Part shown: piece by piece, positions 37,656 through 46,589 of the stretch
Layout of the letters: the number at the start of each line of letters is the position of its first letter
Position numbering within the stretch: position 1 is the first letter of the stretch
IMG/VR virus record: IMGVR_UViG_3300021138_000007
Span: 1 to 64,000 of that record
Source: a virus
Reading direction: 5' to 3' (one strand)
DNA: 64,000 bases
Notes under the pieces: model-generated
Database searches by the model: none
Told to the model about the DNA's origin: nothing
Seen by the model: the letters and a program-made list of their open reading frames with translations, nothing else
Made by a program: the position numbers and the translations under genes

Positions 37656-38306
37656 TTAAGGCCAATTTTCACTTTCTTCTTTTTCAAGAAGGAATTGGCT
37701 ATAAACTTCTTTAGCTTTTTTGCGTATTCTAGTTAATGCATTATCAACAGCTTTTTGCTGAATACCTAATCTTTCTGCTATATCTTTATAGGTGGAATCG
37801 TAGGCACACTCAGAATAAACTGCTTCTTCTAACATTGTTAATTTTTCACACAATCTTTGACTAATTTCCCTATATTCATCTTGAGCCAACATATTGTCTG
37901 TAATGGAAATACCATCGTCTTGTATGGTATTTGCTAAAGATTGTACCATATCATCGTCTGTAATAATTAAAGGCGCATCTAAAGAAATAGCCAAATTGTG
38001 ATGTTTATACTTAAAGCGGAATGATTGAGTTAAAGAAGTTTTTAATTGCCTTTTAACACAAACGTTAATAGCAAAATTCTCCCAACTTGCTCCGCCTTCT
38101 TCTTCAAAAGCATTTACTGCTTTTGAAACAGCAATTCTGCATTCTTGTAAAATGTCTTCTTTGTCTAAACCTGCTATATATATACTAGATGCAATCTTTT
38201 TTAGCTTAGGCTCTAAGCTTTTAAGAAGGCTATCAAATGATGCATTGTCGCCATTTTTGGCGGATCGGATTAATAATAATGTCCGTATATCGTGATTGTT
38301 TGACAA
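37656..38306 (-). CDS. sigH: Sigma-H-like RNA polymerase sigma factor
   Basis: YIAGLDKEDILQE..ASWENFA..CVKRQLKT..ISLDAP..TYKDIAERLG..KAVDNALTRIRKK parallels Bacillus/Clostridium SigH (GADREDIVQE, SLDKP, KSIDNALQRVKRK). Confidence 0.85.
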   Translation of the reverse strand: MSNNHDIRTLLLIRSAKNGDNASFDSLLKSLEPKLKKIASSIYIAGLDKEDILQECRIAVSKAVNAFEEEGGASWENFAINVCVKRQLKTSLTQSFRFKYKHHNLAISLDAPLIITDDDMVQSLANTIQDDGISITDNMLAQDEYREISQRLCEKLTMLEEAVYSECAYDSTYKDIAERLGIQQKAVDNALTRIRKKAKEVYSQFLLEKEESENWP

Positions 38307-38383
38307 TCTTTTCTCCTCACGGCATTCAAACGCATATAAAACTTTATGTTTACTTTAACGTTTGAGGCCGCGAGAAAAAATTT

Positions 38384-39472
38384 CTAAGCAGTCTCCTTAT
38401 CTTTAGACTTTGCAAACGAATCAATAACTTTTAACAGTCCAGCTTTAACTGCCAAATCTGCCGTAACATTCTGCCGTATTTTATTTATTATCTCAAATAA
38501 ACTATCTATCATTACCACAATTTGTTGTGGTGGAAACATATTATACAATTGATTTACTTCAAAATCTCTTTCTTCTTCAGAAATTTTCAATAATCTATAT
38601 TCAACAAGTTTCATTAGATTACGTGCTGATTCTTCTATGAGCATAGATAAGTCTCTGCCTTCGTTGTGTGCTTGCTCAATAATCTTAAAAGCATTGGCTC
38701 TTTTACATTCTCCAATTGCTTTTAATAAATCAATAGAAAGCATTTTTGGTCCTCTGCCAATAATAGCACGAATGTTGACTTCATTAATACCAATATCCTT
38801 GCTTTGTTCTAAAATAACAAGTGCTGTACGACTGGACCCTTGTGATGATTCTACAATTAATTTCAATGCATTTTCTTCATAATCATATCCTTCTAATTCG
38901 CATACGCGCTTCAAAATTCTTAATTGATCTTTATCGGATACGCGAGTAAGTTGATGCCATTGACAGCGACTTCTAATAGCAGGAATTACCTTTGTTGGAT
39001 CAGTAGTACAAAGAAAGAATACTACATATTCAGGTGGCTCTTCAACTGTTTTAAGTAATGATTCTTGGGCGGCTTTAGTGAGATTATGAGATTCATCCAT
39101 AATGAAAATTCGATAATTGCCTTGCGAAGGCGTGATGCGCATTTTCTCTGCAATCATCTGACGTGCTTCATCTACACCGCCATTTGTCGCACAGTTGATT
39201 TCCATTACATCTCTATGTCGATCATTTTTAATAGATTTGCAATTTGAACATGTATTGCAAGGGTTTATATCTCCTTCTGCTCTTTGTTCGCACATTAGGG
39301 CCATAGCCATGATTCTTGCCAGAGTAGTTTTACCTGTTCCTGGAGGTCCAGAAAATAAATAGGCAGAAACAGTATTGTCTAAAGCCAATTGTGCTTTTAA
39401 AACTTTAGCTACATGTTCCTGCGCAACATCTTCAAAATAAGTTGGTCGATATTTATTGTATAGTGTTATCAT
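38384..39472 (-). CDS. dnaX: DNA polymerase III gamma/tau (gamma-length)
   Basis: LYNKYRP, GPPGTGKTT, zinc module CNTCSNC, MDESH, LLKTVEEPP, SRC. Confidence 0.95.
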   Translation of the reverse strand: MITLYNKYRPTYFEDVAQEHVAKVLKAQLALDNTVSAYLFSGPPGTGKTTLARIMAMALMCEQRAEGDINPCNTCSNCKSIKNDRHRDVMEINCATNGGVDEARQMIAEKMRITPSQGNYRIFIMDESHNLTKAAQESLLKTVEEPPEYVVFFLCTTDPTKVIPAIRSRCQWHQLTRVSDKDQLRILKRVCELEGYDYEENALKLIVESSQGSSRTALVILEQSKDIGINEVNIRAIIGRGPKMLSIDLLKAIGECKRANAFKIIEQAHNEGRDLSMLIEESARNLMKLVEYRLLKISEEERDFEVNQLYNMFPPQQIVVMIDSLFEIINKIRQNVTADLAVKAGLLKVIDSFAKSKDKETA

Positions 39473-39498
39473 AATTTGATATTTTAGTTGTTTTTACT

Positions 39499-39540
39499 TG
39501 AAAATTGTCGGAGAATATTCAAATTCTCCGACAATTTTCA
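39499..39540. terminator. Terminator-like hairpin
   Basis: 18-bp arms TGAAAATTGTCGGAGAAT/ATTCTCCGACAATTTTCA. Confidence 0.7.
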
Positions 39541-39545
39541 AGAAG

Positions 39546-40052
39546 TTATAGTGTTGAATCTGATTCGTCTTCTTCTTCCAAAGGTGGAGGAGGAATAGGC
39601 AGTGGATCATCCGCAAGCATATCAGGCAAAGTATCGCTCTTTTCCCAGTATGGGCCAATGTGTGCTAAAGACATGTATTCTTGGATAAATCCATGATCTT
39701 GAATATCATATTTCTTTAATTTGCCATCCATAGCTGGCTCAACATTACATAGCAACTTAAATACAGCCCATTGCTTTGAACTTGGACCTAATTGCGACCA
39801 TTCGTTACCCCAGGCCGACAAACAGTATAACTTATGATTTTTGCCATCTTTAGCAAGAATTGCCTTTACCCAAGGATTAGAAATTCCACTAAGAGAAATT
39901 ACTTTAGCTTTCTTAGGCTTGTCGCCAATCATCTCTGCAAAATAAATAAGTTCCAAGTCAATGTGACCGAGAAATAGATAATAACGATCTTTAAGTTTAG
40001 TTGCTAATTCTAGCAATTCGTGTGATTCAATATATGTTACGTCTTTTGCCAT
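39546..40052 (-). CDS. Phage putative-metallopeptidase-family protein with degenerate active site
   Basis: Layout (W..L...K.A + motif + G..K...D) resembles the phage putative metallopeptidase family, but the expected HELxH reads KLLCN. Confidence 0.5.
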   Translation of the reverse strand: MAKDVTYIESHELLELATKLKDRYYLFLGHIDLELIYFAEMIGDKPKKAKVISLSGISNPWVKAILAKDGKNHKLYCLSAWGNEWSQLGPSSKQWAVFKLLCNVEPAMDGKLKKYDIQDHGFIQEYMSLAHIGPYWEKSDTLPDMLADDPLPIPPPPLEEEDESDSTL

Positions 40053-40126
40053 TTTTATTTTTCCGTGTGCTCAATTGAGCTATTTTTATTATCGTGCTTT
40101 TTTGTTAATTTATTTGATATTTTGAT

Positions 40127-40603
40127 TTAATTAGTGCCTGTAGAACCGAATCCGCCTGAACGATTAGATTGATTTCGATTTAAATTGTCGTCAAAATCCT
40201 CAACTAATTCAACTTCAGGAAGTTGATTAAGCACCATCTGTGCGATTCGATCACCGCGATTAACAACGAAAGGCTGTTTGCCTTCATTGCGAAGTAAAAC
40301 TACAATTTCAAATTTTTCTCCATCGCCATCGTAGTCAGCGTCCACAGTTCCTGGAGTATTCTGAACAGTAATTTGATGCTTAAAAGCCAAGCCAGAACGT
40401 GGACGTATTTGCAATTCGTAATTTGCAGGAAATCTTGTATTAATTCCTGTTTTAATAGGGTGCATCTCATTCGGAGGAATAATTACAGACTCACCTTCTG
40501 GCGTCCAAGCATATAAATCAAATCCAGAGGATAAATCACTACCACGAGTTGGCAATGTTGCTCCATCTCTAAAACGACGTACTTTAAGTAAAGCTTTATT
40601 CAT
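40127..40603 (-). CDS. dut: dUTPase (trimeric)
   Basis: SGFDL, RPRSGLA, PGTVDADY, GDRIAQ, RSGGFGSTG. Confidence 0.97.
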   Translation of the reverse strand: MNKALLKVRRFRDGATLPTRGSDLSSGFDLYAWTPEGESVIIPPNEMHPIKTGINTRFPANYELQIRPRSGLAFKHQITVQNTPGTVDADYDGDGEKFEIVVLLRNEGKQPFVVNRGDRIAQMVLNQLPEVELVEDFDDNLNRNQSNRSGGFGSTGTN

Positions 40604-41030
40604 TATTATTATTGTTCCTTTTATATTTAAATTTTTCTTTAGGTTTTAATACAATTTCTTCTGTATTTGTATCAATATTTGGTTTATTTTTGATGTTTTT
40701 AGGTTTATTTTTAAGTAACATTTCCGCTGTTACTTCCTGTTCTTTTGGATCAACCAATAACCTAACAGGGTCAGTTCTTGATCTTAATTGTGTCGCAAAA
40801 TTAATCATTTCTTTAGAAGTTAATGGGCGATTAAGACCAATTAGTTTTTGTATATCTTCTTGAGATAAAGGCGCACGAAATAGTTTTTTAGTTTCTATTT
40901 CTCTTAATAGAAGAATTATGCTATTAGCATAACCTGGAGATTCATCGTCAGTTTCTGAGTGATCTTCAATAAATTCTTCTACTTGCGCATCAATAATTTT
41001 GCAAGTCACTTCTCTTAGTGCATTAGTCAT
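40596..41030 (-). CDS. Hypothetical protein
   Basis: 144-aa ORF overlapping the dut start; RBS AGG. Confidence 0.55.
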   Translation of the reverse strand: MTNALREVTCKIIDAQVEEFIEDHSETDDESPGYANSIILLLREIETKKLFRAPLSQEDIQKLIGLNRPLTSKEMINFATQLRSRTDPVRLLVDPKEQEVTAEMLLKNKPKNIKNKPNIDTNTEEIVLKPKEKFKYKRNNNNNE

Positions 41031-41057
41031 ATTATTCCTACCTTTTGTTTTTTAATG

Positions 41058-41098
41058 ATAAAATATCTTTCTAATTTTAATTTAGAAAGATATTTTAT
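41058..41098. terminator. Terminator-like hairpin after infC
   Basis: 17-bp arms ATAAAATATCTTTCTAA/TTAGAAAGATATTTTAT. Confidence 0.6.
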
Positions 41099-41102
41099 AC
41101 AA

Positions 41103-41645
41103 CTAGGAAGTGTGTTTAGGCATAATGACCATTGTCATGAATTTACCTTCTAATTTAATAGGTGTTTCTACTTGAGCCTGATCTTTAAGCCATTCTACGA
41201 GTTTATTGAATTTTTCTTCACCGATTTTAGGGTGTTGAAGTTCTCTTGTTGAGAATTTACATGTGAATTTAATTTTATCTCCTTCTTTAAGTAAATTCTC
41301 TGATTTATTTGCAATTGTGCGCAAATCATGATCCGCAATATTGGGACCAAATTTTAACTCTTTTGTCTCTTGAATGTGTTTGCGATTCTCTCGTTTGCGT
41401 TTAGATTCAAGATATTTAAGCTTTCCATAATCAGCAATTTTGCAGACAGGAGGATTTGCACTTTCGGATACAAGAATTAAGTCTAGGCTTTTTTCTCTAG
41501 CCATATTAAGTGCTTGCCTTGATGTCATAAGGCCAATTACTTTACCTTCAGCATCAACAACTCTCATATCTGGGATACGGAGTAAACGTTCATTGATGTT
41601 AGGTGCTGGTTCACGTCGAGGTCGATTGTTATTAAATTGAGAAAT
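41103..41645 (-). CDS. infC: Translation initiation factor IF-3, ATT start codon (180 aa)
   Basis: LDLILV..ANPPVCKIADYGK, KELKF..IADHD, GDKIK. In-frame ATT at 41643-41645 lies 6 nt after AAGGAG and adds the conserved INE..R motif. Confidence 0.95.
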   Translation of the reverse strand: MSQFNNNRPRREPAPNINERLLRIPDMRVVDAEGKVIGLMTSRQALNMAREKSLDLILVSESANPPVCKIADYGKLKYLESKRKRENRKHIQETKELKFGPNIADHDLRTIANKSENLLKEGDKIKFTCKFSTRELQHPKIGEEKFNKLVEWLKDQAQVETPIKLEGKFMTMVIMPKHTS

Positions 41646-41707
41646 GGTAAACTCCTTTATTTTTCATAATTATATATACGCTCATTGAGTGCAAAAAATT
41701 ACACTCT

Positions 41708-41746
41708 TTTAAAGAAAAGGGAGAGATTTTCTCCCTTTTCTTTAAA
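41708..41746. terminator. Terminator after nrdJ
   Basis: 17-bp arms TTTAAAGAAAAGGGAGA/TCTCCCTTTTCTTTAAA. Confidence 0.75.
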
Positions 41747-44700
41747 TTAACTACACTTACTGTTTCCACAGTTTAAACAGACATGACAACCCTCTTGGAA
41801 AATAAGTTTTTCTCCACACTCAGGACATCTTTCACCTGAAGCTGTGCCATCAACAACATATTTCTTCAATTGTCGTGCCATGACTTTTCCAAAGCTATAA
41901 AGACCAGAATCTTTATCTTTACTTAATTGATCTACAATAACAGAGACAGGTACACCGTGTCTAAGCATTGTTGAGATGGTTCTAGTTGCCCAAGCATAAT
42001 CTCCATCGTTAAAGGCTACAGAAATATCTTTAACCTTGATTTCATCATCCTCGTCTCCTATAACAAGATCATAATAATTGGCTTTATTTTTATTAGCGGT
42101 TTTATCTGTCTTGCGTTTAATGATTGTACCAGTTTTATATTTTTTAGGTAATTCAACATGTTCACTTAAACCACCAAATACTTCATAAGGACGACCATTA
42201 TGAAGGCCGATAAGAATAGTCCATTTCTGACCATCTATATTGCTATGCATAATGTCGCAAGGAAGAACTTCTGGTCGCTTAGGCGCATGATTATCTACAA
42301 TATTGTCAGTATTATCACTTTCAGCAGAAACAAGAACACCTGTTCTACTACCATCTACATAAACAGTTACACCCTTTAAGCCATGTTTCCAAGAATGATA
42401 ATATAATTCAGCAACTGTTTCAGGAGTTGTTCCCATAGGCAAATTGATAGTGGAACTAATTCCATGATCAATGTACTTTTGAATTACACCTTGAATTTCA
42501 ACACGCCGCAAACCATTGATATCTCCAGCTTGAACGAAATAATCTGGAAGAATTGCGGACAATTCCGAAGACCATTCGCTATTAGGCTTAGTATTTTGAA
42601 TTACTTGCCATTTTTCATTAGCTTCAGTATTCAATTCAAAATATTCTTTAAGGGTAGGATGGAACACCATATAATGTTCCCATTTATCGCCATTCTGATC
42701 CACAAAATCAATTCTTGCATCTGGATCAGATGGATTAATTTTCTTGCGTCTCATGTAAAAATACATAAATACTGGTTCAAGTCCAGAACTAGTTTGTGAT
42801 TCAATAGAAACACTTCCCGTGGGAGCCATTGTAAGAATTGCGATATTTCGTCTTCCGTATTTTGCCATTTTTTCTTGAAGCCAACTTGGAAGTCTCTTAA
42901 TAAATTCACAATCTTTCTCGGTTTCCCAATCAAACGCTGGAAATGCCCCGCGTTCTTTAGCTAATTCAACTGATTCATCGTATGCAGTATTTCTAAATAC
43001 CTCAAATACTTGATCTACAAAAGCAATTGCTTCATCACTATCATAACGAATTTTTAGACAAGTCAAGGCATCTGCCAAGGCGTGATCTCCTAAACCTATT
43101 CGTCTACCCAATTCAGCGGCCTCTCTAAGTTTAGTGAAAACACGCTTTTCATCTTCGTCGTTAACATTATCAATAATATTAGTTAAATATTCAATTTCTA
43201 ATTCAACAATATTATCCATAACTCGGACGCCTTCTCTAACTTTTTCTCGATATAAATTAAAGTCAAAATAAGCATCATCTTGAAAAGGATTTTTGACATA
43301 ATTCTTTAAATTTAATGTTGTTAAACGACAAGAATCATATGCACTCAAGCCGATTTCTGAGCAGTTATGAACATAAAATCCGTTACAGTCAAAAGCTGAA
43401 ATTTCTGGGATAGTACAATCAAAAACATCTTCAAAGCCTCGACTAACAATTTCTTCAACTTCTACCAAGAAAGACTCTTTATTTGGAGTTCTTTTATATT
43501 CTGAAATTATATTTTCAAGCTTTGATTGTTTGTATTCATCAGTAAAGCCAATTTTATCATTGTATCTTATAATATTATCATTTGCAATGCAAAGTGAATG
43601 AATTGTATGACACCAATAAGATGAAGTTCCACCATTCCCATCAGGCAATGAATAATATCCCTCTAATCTACGGTTTTTATAAATTGTTGAAATAATACCC
43701 AATCGCGCAAGCATTCTTTGAACAATTTCTAATCCTTCTAAATTGGTAGAAGCCAATCTAATGCTAACACCTTTTTCTTGTGTGCCTTCAACGCTACCAT
43801 CAGCATCCATCCATCCTCGAATAAATCCTCTAGTAAAATCAGAAGAAGATTTTTCTACTAATTCATTAAACGTTTTAGATTGGTTCATTACGCCATATTT
43901 TTCAGCAAATTTACCAAGGTTTTTAGAGCTAACACGACTGAAAACATCATTTGTATGCCCAGCCATATCTGATCTTCCGCCAACAGTTTTATGTAATAAA
44001 GAAACTGCTTTAGCTAATAAATCTTTCTGATTAGTACCCCAGTAATCGAGATTTGCTGTGCCATCTTTTTCAATGTTGCCATCGACAATAAGATTGCCTA
44101 GTAGCCAACCTTCTTCAAAAGTTCCTTCGCCATCCCACTCAAAATTTAAGTGTTGATGAAGAACAATTTTATCTCCAGGAATTAGTTCTCCAACTTCTCT
44201 CCAAACTAATTCGGGTGCTTTTCTACCTTGCTTTCTTGAAACTAAAACAGGGTGATTGGAAGTAGCTGGAAGCATAAATCCTTCTTTTGTTCGAACTTCA
44301 AAAACTTCTTTATATCCTGTCGCAAAAAATCCATCTTCTGTTGAACTATATGATGTTCCGTTGACAATAGCATTAAATTGTTTGTTAATTAAATCATTTA
44401 CTAAACGAGGACCATCTTGTGTAGTAGTCCATGCATCTTTAGGAACACAAGGATTCACGCAAATAGTTTTAAACTGCGGATAGCAATGGGCTGGAAGATT
44501 AGAAGTGTAGTTATCCCAGAAAATAATGCCTGGTTCGGCTGTAGCACAAGCAGAGCTATTAATCAACATCCAAAGCTCATTAGCATTGAATTTCTTAAGT
44601 ACTCTTCGTTCAGATGAATCATTTGAATACCACATTTGATAAGCAACAGTTCCTGATTGTTCTGCTGTAACTTCAACCCATTTGCCACCTTTGTTTAAAA

Positions 44701-45550
44701 CATCTTGAACATCGCATTCAACCAATTCTAATTCTTCACAGGTTTCACAAGGCCATTTTGTTATCCATTCTGTTTTAGCTTCTACGGCTTGCATAAATTC
44801 ATCTGTAAGCATAATAGAAACATTAGCACCAGTTACTTTAGAGCGATCATGCTTCATGGTAACAAATCGATCAATATCAGGATGAAGAACATTTAATGTT
44901 TCCATCAAAGCGCCGCGTCGTCCATTTTGACCGATCATACGGCACACATTAGAATAATAATCTGCAAAACTCCAAGCTCCAGTTGAAGTTCCAGCAGAAT
45001 TGCTTACAACAGAATTTTCAGGTCGAAGAGTAGATAAATCTAAACCAACTCCAGCTCTGCGCTTAAATAAATTGGCTAAATCCTTACCAGTATCCATAAT
45101 GCCAGATACCATATCTTTAGGACTTTGAACAACTACACAGTTAGACAGAGAAACTCTAACAAATGGGTTGCCAGTACCATACATAGGACTGCCCTGAGGT
45201 ACAATATATTTAAAATGATCAAATGAATCATAATATTTATTGTATCTAGATTCATAAACAGACAATTGCTGCTCGTTTAAATCTGTAAATTTTAATTCTT
45301 TACCATAGAAGAAATGAACATCTTTCATGGCAATTTCAGAAGCCAAACGCTTATGCATATCAGCAGGGGTTAATTCACAGAAATTATTTTCTGATGCTTT
45401 TGGGTTGCGTAAAGCGTATTTGGTGATAAATGTCGATGTGGCAAGTTCATCGCCGCCAAAATATTTTAAAGTTTCTTGATATACCTCATTTTTGGAGTAT
45501 TTAGCATGTTGTGCTAATACTGTTGGGGTTAATACGTCTGATTGATTCAC
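41747..45550 (-). CDS. nrdJ: Class II (adenosylcobalamin-dependent) ribonucleotide reductase with intein
   Basis: LSNC, GQNGRRGA, GANVS, EPG, NP[intein]CSE, APTGS, ISSTINLP, KGVTVYVDGSR, C-terminal RP..L domain and zinc ribbon; no nrdB in the window. Confidence 0.93.
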   Translation of the reverse strand: MNQSDVLTPTVLAQHAKYSKNEVYQETLKYFGGDELATSTFITKYALRNPKASENNFCELTPADMHKRLASEIAMKDVHFFYGKELKFTDLNEQQLSVYESRYNKYYDSFDHFKYIVPQGSPMYGTGNPFVRVSLSNCVVVQSPKDMVSGIMDTGKDLANLFKRRAGVGLDLSTLRPENSVVSNSAGTSTGAWSFADYYSNVCRMIGQNGRRGALMETLNVLHPDIDRFVTMKHDRSKVTGANVSIMLTDEFMQAVEAKTEWITKWPCETCEELELVECDVQDVLNKGGKWVEVTAEQSGTVAYQMWYSNDSSERRVLKKFNANELWMLINSSACATAEPGIIFWDNYTSNLPAHCYPQFKTICVNPCVPKDAWTTTQDGPRLVNDLINKQFNAIVNGTSYSSTEDGFFATGYKEVFEVRTKEGFMLPATSNHPVLVSRKQGRKAPELVWREVGELIPGDKIVLHQHLNFEWDGEGTFEEGWLLGNLIVDGNIEKDGTANLDYWGTNQKDLLAKAVSLLHKTVGGRSDMAGHTNDVFSRVSSKNLGKFAEKYGVMNQSKTFNELVEKSSSDFTRGFIRGWMDADGSVEGTQEKGVSIRLASTNLEGLEIVQRMLARLGIISTIYKNRRLEGYYSLPDGNGGTSSYWCHTIHSLCIANDNIIRYNDKIGFTDEYKQSKLENIISEYKRTPNKESFLVEVEEIVSRGFEDVFDCTIPEISAFDCNGFYVHNCSEIGLSAYDSCRLTTLNLKNYVKNPFQDDAYFDFNLYREKVREGVRVMDNIVELEIEYLTNIIDNVNDEDEKRVFTKLREAAELGRRIGLGDHALADALTCLKIRYDSDEAIAFVDQVFEVFRNTAYDESVELAKERGAFPAFDWETEKDCEFIKRLPSWLQEKMAKYGRRNIAILTMAPTGSVSIESQTSSGLEPVFMYFYMRRKKINPSDPDARIDFVDQNGDKWEHYMVFHPTLKEYFELNTEANEKWQVIQNTKPNSEWSSELSAILPDYFVQAGDINGLRRVEIQGVIQKYIDHGISSTINLPMGTTPETVAELYYHSWKHGLKGVTVYVDGSRTGVLVSAESDNTDNIVDNHAPKRPEVLPCDIMHSNIDGQKWTILIGLHNGRPYEVFGGLSEHVELPKKYKTGTIIKRKTDKTANKNKANYYDLVIGDEDDEIKVKDISVAFNDGDYAWATRTISTMLRHGVPVSVIVDQLSKDKDSGLYSFGKVMARQLKKYVVDGTASGERCPECGEKLIFQEGCHVCLNCGNSKCS
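43364..44449 (-). mobile_element. Intein (362 aa) with LAGLIDADG endonuclease at the RNR active-site cysteine
   Basis: VNP|CVPKDAW ... ATSNHP ... VFDCTI ... YVHN|CSE; WLLGNLIVDG and FIRGWMDADG. Confidence 0.93.
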
Positions 45551-45689
45551 TAAAAATCTCCTTATTTATGTCGTTTCGTTATTTAAACGTACTTATGACG
45601 AAACGCTTAACGAATGACTCAATATAGTTTCGTGCATTTTTTGTCATTTTTATATTGTTATAGATAATTTTGGCGCTCACGAAGCAAAA

Positions 45690-46208
45690 TTATTCTCGTG
45701 TAGCGCCACATTTTAAACATTCGTCCCACGGAAATGAATTTTCACTCCCACAGTTACTACATTCAGTAAATAAATCCTTATCAGCATAACGGAAAAAACG
45801 GATACACCCTTCTATATTTTTTCTCGCCACTAAATTGTTTTTTAATAAAATTAACAATTCTTTTTTAACAATATCATCCCTAGTATCTAAAACTTGAGAA
45901 AGTAAATTAGCAGCTTTATTTAAAGCAATATTCAATAAATGTTCTGCCTTTTTATCGTCGGATGTAATATTGTTATTTCTAATTACAGGTTGTCCCGTAC
46001 ACCCCTTTGCTGATGTTTGAATCGCATTCCATGAAGCAGTTGCGTCTATATTAAAATACGTTTTTTCTTCCTGATTTTCCTGTCCTAAAACAATAGTTTT
46101 TTCAAGATTTTCAAACGGATTTTTTCCAGTTTTTAGATACAAATGGAGAGCAGAACGTCTCTCCATTTGTATCTTTTTATCATTAAAATTAAAATTAAAA
46201 TTATTCAT
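45690..46208 (-). CDS. Hypothetical protein with C-terminal zinc ribbon
   Basis: CSNCG...CLKCG. Confidence 0.6.
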   Translation of the reverse strand: MNNFNFNFNDKKIQMERRSALHLYLKTGKNPFENLEKTIVLGQENQEEKTYFNIDATASWNAIQTSAKGCTGQPVIRNNNITSDDKKAEHLLNIALNKAANLLSQVLDTRDDIVKKELLILLKNNLVARKNIEGCIRFFRYADKDLFTECSNCGSENSFPWDECLKCGATRE

Positions 46209-46229
46209 AGAATATTATGATTTTTTCTT

Positions 46230-46589
46230 TTAAACAGCACATTTTACAGGAATTGAGAATATTCTCGTGCATATTCCTCGCGCCCATTTGCCATTAATTT
46301 CAGTATCATACTCGCTCTGTCTCATGACAAGAACTGCGCTTTGTTGTTTACTTTCAGCTATATTGGATGCCATTCTGAATGCTGTCATCGCAATATAAAG
46401 AGATTTAGGACCAATGGTTTCTAATTTCACATATTCATTGTCTTCTAATACATGTAGAATTGCTCTTGATAAACCAACAGGATCAGTTGGATTATCGTTG
46501 CCGCCGCGAACACGAATAGTGTTTTTCTTTTTATCTACTGTGTTCTTATCTTCAATTAATTCCATATTTTTTAACCTTCCAAACCACAT
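46230..46589 (-). CDS. spoVS: SpoVS-like (Alba-fold) protein
   Basis: IRV..TDPVGLSRAILHVL..VKLETIGPKSLYIAMTAFRMA..EING parallels SpoVS (NPNSVAGAL..EIQAIGAGALNQAVKAVAIA..IDG). Confidence 0.7.
   Translation of the reverse strand: MWFGRLKNMELIEDKNTVDKKKNTIRVRGGNDNPTDPVGLSRAILHVLEDNEYVKLETIGPKSLYIAMTAFRMASNIAESKQQSAVLVMRQSEYDTEINGKWARGICTRIFSIPVKCAV

Noticed and set aside
45551-45689. Cobalamin riboswitch or NrdR box upstream of nrdJ
   Set aside because: Only a modest inverted repeat (CGTTTCGT/ACGAAACG) and a weak partial NrdR-like match; no recognisable riboswitch core.
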